Assembly: GCA_018238155.1 (NCBI GenBank)
Contig: JABCTZ010000046.1
Span: 288,001-352,000 of the forward strand
Direction of reading: 5' to 3'
DNA from: Candidatus Heimdallarchaeota archaeon
GTDB lineage: Archaea > Asgardarchaeota > Heimdallarchaeia > JABLTI01
DNA length: 64,000 nucleotides
Of the stretch, positions 56,789 through 64,000 are shown piece by piece. The position numbers and the translations under genes are program-made. The notes under the pieces were generated by a model. That model searched no databases. It had not been told where the DNA came from and saw only the letters and a program-made list of their open reading frames with translations. Within the stretch, counting starts at the first letter, position 1. The number at the start of each line of letters is the position of its first letter.

Positions 56789-58153
56789 ATGAATTTGGAG
56801 TTCTTCCCATTGACAATCGATCTCAATATTGTTAATGGAAATCTCTTCCTTGGCTCTGAATTTCGACAAGGAGGAATTTCCATTGAAGGTGAACGTATAA
56901 TTAAGATTGGGAAAGAACCTTCCCTACCTAAAGCGTCTCAAAAAATTGATGCTAAAGGAGCAATTGTTATTCCGGGGATAATAGATATCCATGTTCATTT
57001 TCGTGATTTACAACAAAAGTATAAAGAAACCTTAGTAACAGGAACGAAGTCCGCTCTCGCGGGTGGAATAACAACAGTTTTGGATATGCCAAATAACAAA
57101 CCCCCCACAGATTCTGTTAGAAAACTACAAGAAAAAAAAGCTCTCATTCAAAACAAAGCAGCAGTAAATATTGGATTTTATAGTTTATTCCCAAAAAATA
57201 ATTCAGAAATTGCAAGGTTAGCAAATGAAGGAATATTTGGATTTAAAATATATCCCGCAGATAAAAATTATCCACCAAAAGATTTTGATTCCTTAAATAT
57301 AGCATTAAAGGAAATTGCTAGCACAAAACTACCTGTTATCATTCATCCCGACAATGGATTTGCAGGTGAAACTGAAGAACAATTATTTGCTACTGATTTG
57401 CCACTAATTGATGGTTTTATTAAAGCTCATAATCAACTGGAAGAAGCACAAGCACTCAAGACTTTTATTGATTTATCAAACAAAGTAGATGGAAAACTAC
57501 ATTGTGCTCATGTAACAGCCAAAGAAACTGTTGAGATAATTACTAAAAATAAAGAACTTCAAATGCTCTCAAGTGAAGTATGTCCCCATCATCTAATTCT
57601 AAGTGTAAAGGAATTACATAAATTAAAGTCCCAAGCGAAGTGCTTACCACCTCTAAGAACAAAGCAAGATCAAGATGCTCTTTGGGATGCATTGAATAAT
57701 GATTTGATTAATATTATTTCAACAGATCATGCTCCTCACTCATATGAAGAAAAGCATTGCGAGTTTGAAGTTGCTGCATCTGGTATCCACGGTCTTGAAA
57801 CACTGCTGCCAATCATGTTCACACAAGCATTAAGAGGTATGATTTCTTTTGAGAAACTAATACCAAAAATGACGACAAATCCTGCAAAATTAATGGGTAT
57901 TACTCAGAGAGGAGAATTATTGGAAGGCAACTTTGCTGACATTGTTATTCTCAAAAAGAAGAAATACCAAATTGTTTCAGATGAATTTGAATCTAAAGCA
58001 AAATGGTCCCCCTTTGATGGATTTACAGTTAATTTTCTTCCGGATTATGTACTAGTTAACGGAGCTGTATCAAAAGAAGATGAATACATCTGTTCTAAAG
58101 TTTCTTCTGGAAAAATAATTAATAATTCAAACGAAAAATTAATTATTGAATAA
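56789..58153 (+). CDS. pyrC: Dihydroorotase (class I)
   Basis: PGIIDIHVHFRD, GGITTVLDMPN, EVCPHHL, PPLR, TDHAPH, SKAKWSPF. Confidence 0.88.
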   Translation: MNLEFFPLTIDLNIVNGNLFLGSEFRQGGISIEGERIIKIGKEPSLPKASQKIDAKGAIVIPGIIDIHVHFRDLQQKYKETLVTGTKSALAGGITTVLDMPNNKPPTDSVRKLQEKKALIQNKAAVNIGFYSLFPKNNSEIARLANEGIFGFKIYPADKNYPPKDFDSLNIALKEIASTKLPVIIHPDNGFAGETEEQLFATDLPLIDGFIKAHNQLEEAQALKTFIDLSNKVDGKLHCAHVTAKETVEIITKNKELQMLSSEVCPHHLILSVKELHKLKSQAKCLPPLRTKQDQDALWDALNNDLINIISTDHAPHSYEEKHCEFEVAASGIHGLETLLPIMFTQALRGMISFEKLIPKMTTNPAKLMGITQRGELLEGNFADIVILKKKKYQIVSDEFESKAKWSPFDGFTVNFLPDYVLVNGAVSKEDEYICSKVSSGKIINNSNEKLIIE

Positions 58154-58180
58154 TCAAATAAAAGTAGATTTAATCAGTAG

Positions 58181-58696
58181 GTGAAGGTTATTAGTAACGA
58201 AAGTCTTAGGAAACAAAAATTCATTGTTGATAAAATGTATCGTAAATTATCAAGGTGGTTACGAATTTTAGGGTATGATACGATTTTTGTTTCACTTCTT
58301 AATGATAATGAAGTTCTAAATTTAGCAAGTTCAGAGAACAGGTTTCTGATTACTCGAGATGAAGATTTAGAACAAAAAGCAAAAAAGTTGAAAATTAAAA
58401 CATTCAATGTAAATGGAAAAACAATTGAAGAGAGATTGGTTAAATTGCAAAAAACAACAGGAATAGAGTTAACTATGCCAAGTGAAATAATCTCTCGTTG
58501 TTCAAAATGTAACAGTAAAATTGAATCTATTAATAAAGAAAAAATTCTTGACCGAATTTTGGACGGAACAGAAAAACAATTTGATGCTTTCTGGATATGT
58601 ACAAATGATAAATGTAAACATATATTTTGGAAAGGACATCATTGGGAAGAAATCGCTAACTCCCTTAAAATTTGTCAAGAATTGATAGATTCATGA
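58181..58696 (+). CDS. Mut7-C RNase (PIN-like) domain protein
   Basis: FIVDKM..KLSRWLRILGYDT, LITRD, RCSKCN, C..CKHIFWKGHHW. Confidence 0.9.
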   Translation: MKVISNESLRKQKFIVDKMYRKLSRWLRILGYDTIFVSLLNDNEVLNLASSENRFLITRDEDLEQKAKKLKIKTFNVNGKTIEERLVKLQKTTGIELTMPSEIISRCSKCNSKIESINKEKILDRILDGTEKQFDAFWICTNDKCKHIFWKGHHWEEIANSLKICQELIDS

Positions 58697-58760
58697 AAAG
58701 ATGTTTGCTGAAAAGTAAAAATATAATTGAAAAGTATGTAATCGATATTGCATAATTTAT

Positions 58761-59408
58761 TTGGTGAGTAAAATGTCAAACGAAAACACTGATCAAGAAT
58801 ATAGCTTAGAGGATGGTCAATTTCTTGTTAAGTTAGCAAGAAATTCAATAATCCATTACTTGACATTTGATGAACTGATAGAACAACCAAAAAAAACTCC
58901 AGAGAAGTTCTTACAAGATTCAGGTGTTTTTGTTACACTAAATAAATTAGAGCAAAATAAGTCCAAAAGTCTTAGAGGATGTATTGGATTTCCATTACCA
59001 GTTTATCCCTTAGTAACTGCTATAATTCAAGCATCAAAAAGTGCTGCTATTGGAGATCCGAGATTTCCCATAGTAACTATTGAGGAATTGAAGAACATCG
59101 TTGTAGAAGTTACCGTTTTAACCCCCCCTCAAGAATTGAAGGTAAATGATCCAAAGGAATACCTTCAGAAAATCAAAATAGGTCGAGATGGTCTTATCGT
59201 TCGGAACGGTATAAGAAGTGGTTTGCTTTTACCCCAAGTTCCAATAGATTGGGGATGGAATGTAAAAGAGTTCCTAGAACATACTTGTAATAAAGCTGAT
59301 CTGCCAAAAGATTGCTGGAAAGACTCCAAAACAACTATTAAATCTTTCAGTGGAATTATTTTCCAAGAAGAAGAACCAAATGGTAAAGTTGTTCAAGAGG
59401 AAATATGA
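58761..59408 (+). CDS. AMMECR1-domain protein (TIGR00296)
   Basis: GVFVTL, LRGCIG, DPRF, GRDGL, GLLLPQVP. Confidence 0.95.
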   Translation: MVSKMSNENTDQEYSLEDGQFLVKLARNSIIHYLTFDELIEQPKKTPEKFLQDSGVFVTLNKLEQNKSKSLRGCIGFPLPVYPLVTAIIQASKSAAIGDPRFPIVTIEELKNIVVEVTVLTPPQELKVNDPKEYLQKIKIGRDGLIVRNGIRSGLLLPQVPIDWGWNVKEFLEHTCNKADLPKDCWKDSKTTIKSFSGIIFQEEEPNGKVVQEEI

Positions 59409-59608
59409 ATAAAATAAGAATAGTTTCTAATGAATTTTCATATCGCTAGATGTACCTGATATGAAATTCAATGTAAAAAAGAGAGAACTTAAAACGATAT
59501 TTTGAGTATATTAGACATAATCCCCATCTAATTAATTAAACAAAATATTAATAAAATATTCTTTCTAAGCATATAATGAAGAAACAATCGCTTTGATTTT
59601 TTAAAAAT

Positions 59609-60610
59609 TTGAAGAATGGTGGAAATTATATGGAATATCAAAAGTTAGGCAATACAGGCTTAAAGATTTCAAAAATGGTTTTAGGAACAATGCAAATGGG
59701 ATGGAGAATAGATGAAGAAACTTCATTTCAAATAATGGATAGAGCGATAGAGCTCGGAATAAACATGTTTGACACCGCAGACATTTACAGCAAATGGTCA
59801 GATGATAGTTATCCCGGAAAAACAGAAGAAATAATCGGCAAATGGTTAAAAGACAGAGAAACTCGAGACGATCTAATATTAGCAACAAAATTGTACGGAG
59901 AAATGGGTGAAGATGTTAATAATCGAGGATTATCTAGAAGGCACATCCACCAAGCAGTTATTGCTAGCCTAAAGAGATTGCAAACAGATTGGATAGATAT
60001 CTACTTCACACATACTTTTGATGAAGATACACCTGCAGAGGAAACATTACGAACATTTACTTCACTAATTGAAAAAGGAAAAATAAACTATATTGGAGCC
60101 TCGAATCACCCTGCTTGGAGAATTATGCAATCATTATGGATAAGTGATAAATATAATTTAGCAAGATACGAACTATTACAACCAGTCTACAATATTGCCA
60201 GAAGAAAAACATTCGAACAAGAAATAGAACCAATTGTACAAGAATATAATCTAGGAGTAACTACATATAGTCCATTAGGAGGAGGGTTTCTAACAGGAAA
60301 ATATTCACCAACAAAAAAAGTGGAGACACCAAGATATGATAATGTTAAGAAAAGATACTTCAAAGATAAGAATTTTGAGATTCTCAAAACGATAAAGAAA
60401 ATGGCTACAGAAAAGGATGCTTCAATGGCTCAAATTGCTTTGCTGTGGGTTATTCATAAAGAGAATATTACCGCGCCAATTATTGGAGCAAACTCAATAG
60501 AACAGCTGGAAGAAAATATTGGCGCAATGGATATAAAACTCTCAAAAGACAATTTGAAAGAATTAGAAGAAGCCTCTGAATGGGTGACTTTAGATCAATT
60601 AACTCGGTAA
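59609..60610 (+). CDS. Aldo/keto reductase
   Basis: LGTMQMG, FDTADIY, LATK, SLKRLQTDWID, YSPLGGGFLTGKY. Confidence 0.94.
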   Translation: MKNGGNYMEYQKLGNTGLKISKMVLGTMQMGWRIDEETSFQIMDRAIELGINMFDTADIYSKWSDDSYPGKTEEIIGKWLKDRETRDDLILATKLYGEMGEDVNNRGLSRRHIHQAVIASLKRLQTDWIDIYFTHTFDEDTPAEETLRTFTSLIEKGKINYIGASNHPAWRIMQSLWISDKYNLARYELLQPVYNIARRKTFEQEIEPIVQEYNLGVTTYSPLGGGFLTGKYSPTKKVETPRYDNVKKRYFKDKNFEILKTIKKMATEKDASMAQIALLWVIHKENITAPIIGANSIEQLEENIGAMDIKLSKDNLKELEEASEWVTLDQLTR

Positions 60611-60621
60611 AGGGGCATAAA

Positions 60622-60811
60622 TTACAGTTTAGAATTTACGATTAAGAAGAATCCGTACCTTTGTTTCTAAACTGTAAATTTAATATAAGATTAAGACTAA
60701 TGATAACTTGGAGAGTAAAAATATATTTTTAATTTACTCTCCGAATCCCATAAACCTCTCTCCCCAATAAATAACTCCCTTTTCCTGTGACGGGGGATTA
60801 AATCCCTCGTC
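60622..60811. repeat. Cluster of three inverted repeats
   Basis: TTACAGTTTAGAA/TTCTAAACTGTAA; GGAGAGTAAA/TTTACTCTCC; GACGGGGGATT/AATCCCTCGTC. Confidence 0.55.
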
Positions 60812-60910
60812 CTTAAATTACCTTCAAACGATTTTGATGTAACCAAAAAAATTATCCAGCGGTTCATGTCATTTTAAATACTCTAATAAATAATAAGAAA
60901 ATAATAGCTT

Positions 60911-61651
60911 ATGAATTTCCCTCACGTTATAGTTCCTCATTCTAAAACATGCCTTAATCGACTATCACCCAATATGCTATATGGTTTATTTGTGAAGGAA
61001 TTTATATATCAAGCTAAATTTAGAAAATTACTAACACAAAAGAATTGGACTGACCTTAAAATAGAACCACGAGGTTACGCAGCCAATTGCTCACTTCTTT
61101 ATTTTCTTATTAAATTTCTTGATGAAAAAAAACCAAACAAAGTCCTTGAGCTTGGTTCTGGACAAACAACAAAATTGTTGTTTAGATATGTTAAAGAAAA
61201 CAGCAATAGTTATGTTCTCGTATTAGAAGACAATATTGAGTGGTTCAATAATATCAAAAGAAATTTCATTTCTGAAAGATTTAGCTATCTCCATAAACCT
61301 TTGGAGGAGCTAGAAGTAAATGATAGAATGTGTAATTGGTATTCATATGATTTCGCGAATATAAATCAACAAGAGAAAAAATTCAACTTAGTTCTAATAG
61401 ATGGGCCCAAAGGTATTAGACGATTCTCTAGGTTAGGAATTACTAAATTTCTTCTTGAAATCATTGATCAAAATAATTTCGTCATTATTTTTGATGATTC
61501 ATCCAGAAAAGGTGAAGAAGATACCATTAAGATTCTTCTAGAAAAATTCGATTCTATTGGTTTAGATTACATCAAATTTAATCTCTATGGTTCTAAAAAA
61601 CAGACATGTTTTGCATCCAATAATCATCAGATTTTTTTTGATAATTTATGA
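60911..61651 (+). CDS. Class I SAM-dependent methyltransferase (Methyltransf_24-like)
   Basis: VLELGSGQTT, LVLIDGP, IIFDD. Confidence 0.8.
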   Translation: MNFPHVIVPHSKTCLNRLSPNMLYGLFVKEFIYQAKFRKLLTQKNWTDLKIEPRGYAANCSLLYFLIKFLDEKKPNKVLELGSGQTTKLLFRYVKENSNSYVLVLEDNIEWFNNIKRNFISERFSYLHKPLEELEVNDRMCNWYSYDFANINQQEKKFNLVLIDGPKGIRRFSRLGITKFLLEIIDQNNFVIIFDDSSRKGEEDTIKILLEKFDSIGLDYIKFNLYGSKKQTCFASNNHQIFFDNL

Positions 61652-61985
61652 ATAACATTTCCTGCTCTCTTAATAATACACATAATTACTTTAGTATACT
61701 TGGTTCCAAAACCAAATGGATTTATAGGTCCTGAGAAACATTTCTTAGAGCCAAGAAAAAAAATCATTTTCAATTATAATTCTAGTAATTTTCTCTTGTA
61801 AATCTAAAAGACAAAAGTAGTTCTTCAAAACTAGAAGAGAAGAACGATGGTATTTATCGTTCTCCTCATTTGAAGGCAGTAGAATCTATCCCCCGAAAAA
61901 ATTCGGGTTTTAGAATCAGCGTGTACAATTGATGTTTGATACAAGTGTCTAACTTGCAGTATCTATTATATAATGAAATATTTGA

Positions 61986-62087
61986 TCAGCGGAATATGAT
62001 AATTGATTGAGTTGTTTTCTTTCTAAACTCATCGACATCAATATATTCTCGCTTTTTGAATCGCTTTTTTTCTTTGTAACCTTTCAT
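61986..62087 (-). CDS. Candidate 33-aa basic small protein
   Basis: MKGYKEKKRFKKREYIDVDEFRKKTTQSIIIFR*; GAGGT SD-like 7 nt upstream and TTAAATA TATA-like further upstream. Confidence 0.35.
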   Translation of the reverse strand: MKGYKEKKRFKKREYIDVDEFRKKTTQSIIIFR

Positions 62088-62264
62088 CGTTTCAACCTCG
62101 TTTTTGTTCTAGCTATATCTATAGCTGGGCACTCTATTTAACAAAAGTGAGTAAAAATGACCATATAGATTTAAATCAGAAGCTTATGAAAAAACGAAAA
62201 AAGAGAAATAAAATGCTCATATTATAACAAAACAAATATGAGAATAATAGGAAAAAAAGTCAAA

Positions 62265-63125
62265 CTAGTCGGTTTCTTCAGTTGCTGTAGTCCTTTCCAA
62301 TTCTTCAACTAACGACCTGATTTCATTTATGCTTTCTCTTTCATGCTCAATGAATCTGCGAATAATTTTCTTTATTGTCCATTGCTCTTTTGGGTACTCT
62401 GGAAGTTTTTCAGAAATTAATATCTCATTTGCATGATTTGCATATTTAGATCGTAGTAAAGCAATTGCTCCAAGTTGGACTTTGAAAATTCGTTCGTAAA
62501 GTGATAGTGATTCAAGTTCATCTGTTGTTAAATTTATTACACCAAAAAATTTCTCTTCTAGCTCTGCTCCAAAACGAGAAATATAAAACAGTTGCGATTT
62601 GTATATCTTCGCAAGTAATTGGTTTATTGTTGGTTTTTCTTCTAAGATTTTTAGTTCTCTTTGTTCTTTCGAAAATTGAAAGACTATTCTCATCAGTGCT
62701 TCTGGAAGGGATTTTATTACTTCTAAATAGAATTCAAAATCTTCTTCACATATTTCTTCATGATCCGTTTTGAATAATGCCAATTTATTAGTTGATGCAT
62801 TTTGCTGTGTTATGTTAGTGATTTCTTCGACTACTTCTAATTCGTTGATTCCTGCAAGAAAACCTTTTGATTTTAGTATGTAATCATTTTTTGAAAAATC
62901 CTTTGAAAGCAGCCATTCACTATATTTCCTTACATCTTTGAGCAATGCTTCAATTGCAGCCTCTTTTGTTGATGCTCTTGCACAGCATCCAAGAAATTCT
63001 GCCGCATGGGCATAGAAAATCTCTTTCCCTTCTTCTAGGTTAATTTTTAGTTCAGCCAAATTGTTTAACGACCATCTGAATACTTTAGTTTTCTTCTTTC
63101 TTTTCTCTCTAAAATTTTCTGTCAA
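62265..63125 (-). CDS. Hypothetical protein: HicB-like N-terminal fold + DinB-like C-terminal helices
   Basis: YAHAAEFLGCCARASTKEAAIEAL; WTIKKIIRRFIEHEREH-type DinB ending (last His replaced by Ser). Confidence 0.5.
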   Translation of the reverse strand: MTENFREKRKKKTKVFRWSLNNLAELKINLEEGKEIFYAHAAEFLGCCARASTKEAAIEALLKDVRKYSEWLLSKDFSKNDYILKSKGFLAGINELEVVEEITNITQQNASTNKLALFKTDHEEICEEDFEFYLEVIKSLPEALMRIVFQFSKEQRELKILEEKPTINQLLAKIYKSQLFYISRFGAELEEKFFGVINLTTDELESLSLYERIFKVQLGAIALLRSKYANHANEILISEKLPEYPKEQWTIKKIIRRFIEHERESINEIRSLVEELERTTATEETD

Positions 63126-63211
63126 AGTACGTTATTATAGACTAATTTCTCCTCTATTAGTATTTTAACATTTGTTATTGAGATAATTATGACAATTTTG
63201 GGTTTTTGAGC

Positions 63212-64000
63212 TCATTCTTCGTCTCTTTCTATCCATGAGAACTTATTTTGCAATGTTTTTGAGTAATAATTTCTCCAGTCATAGTCTACTTCTTTCCCCC
63301 AAGCATGATATACTCTTGGATCAATGTATGATTTCAAGCTAGTTCCTAAATTCCACTCCTTAGTTTTCTTGGAAATTCGCTCTTGTGATTCTATTTTCTT
63401 AAATGCTTCTTTTGCCTTGTAAACACGTTCCTTTGCAGTACCTACGCTATTCTTTCCTCTAACGATTTGACTTTGAGCGGTTTCTATACGTTTCTTAGCT
63501 GTGCCAATGCGTTTCCTTTGTGTTTGTACTTTCTTTTTTTGTTTCAAACTTGCTCGAATGAGTTTCTCTTTCTCCTTTGAATTTTGCTCAGAAGTAGAAA
63601 GATCATCTAGCTCAAGTAAATCAGCTTTCTTTTGCTCGAGAATTTTTTGTTGAGTTTTTTCTTGTTTTCGTCTTTCTTTTAGGTTCTTCTTAAGCTCTTC
63701 AAGACGTTCTTCTCTACCACTTTGATTTAGTTTTGCTTTTTCAATACGTTCAGTTGATTTAACCTTACGTTCTCTAAATCGTTGAATTCTATTATCCCAA
63801 TTTTTGGGTACTTGTTTCATATGAGTACATACAACTGCTGCCTCTCTATTGGCCATCGTTGCAGCTTCTTTCTTTTTATACTCTGGATCATCTGCAGAAG
63901 TATCAGATTCTTCTAAATGAGCTGAAACGATATTTGTTGCATGAAACGTTCTAAATACTTTTGCTGTAAGACCGGGTACAATATTACTGAAGAATTCATT
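63212..64000 (-). CDS. top1: DNA topoisomerase IB, C-terminal part (5' end outside window)
   Basis: Frame is open to the window edge: PGLTAKVFRTFHAT...ANREAAVVCTH, coiled-coil linker, LGTSLKSYIDPR with catalytic Tyr. Confidence 0.93.
   Translation of the reverse strand, partial: NEFFSNIVPGLTAKVFRTFHATNIVSAHLEESDTSADDPEYKKKEAATMANREAAVVCTHMKQVPKNWDNRIQRFRERKVKSTERIEKAKLNQSGREERLEELKKNLKERRKQEKTQQKILEQKKADLLELDDLSTSEQNSKEKEKLIRASLKQKKKVQTQRKRIGTAKKRIETAQSQIVRGKNSVGTAKERVYKAKEAFKKIESQERISKKTKEWNLGTSLKSYIDPRVYHAWGKEVDYDWRNYYSKTLQNKFSWIERDEE

Noticed and set aside
1-64000. CRISPR array, rRNA, integrase or transposase
   Set aside because: No regularly spaced direct repeats, long GC-rich RNA gene or recombinase motifs seen by eye

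Overview
AT-rich archaeal chromosome segment, most likely from an Asgard archaeon (possibly Heimdallarchaeia; inferred). Support: archaeal P1/L12 stalk protein, BHB-intron tRNA, RAD55/KaiC ATPases, eukaryote-like topoisomerase IB, a Rab-like GTPase fold, LRR/TPR proteins, and remote matches to eukaryotic ER proteins (PIG-B, CCDC47, DDRGK1/UFL1). Main points: (1) a tRNA-Met(CAT) with three BHB introns (33636-33808), hidden under a spurious ORF; (2) directly downstream, a very AT-rich, tightly coupled five-gene operon (SIS+HAD, PRTase-like, ORC/CDC6-like ATPase, Rossmann/CARF-like, Zn-ribbon PfkB kinase) that looks like an uncharacterised nucleotide/sugar-phosphate defence system; (3) a self-contained ten-gene methionine operon (bacterial-type acsB-acsD-acsC-acsV-mesB-cooC-Asa sulfurtransferase-UPF0280-asd-lysC) with no CODH and no folate methyltransferase, plus a divergent HTH-CBS regulator and a perfect palindrome; (4) an unannotated structured ~90-nt RNA candidate; (5) a possible natural DDRGK1-UFL1-like winged-helix fusion. 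All family calls come from motif recognition by eye; no searches were run.
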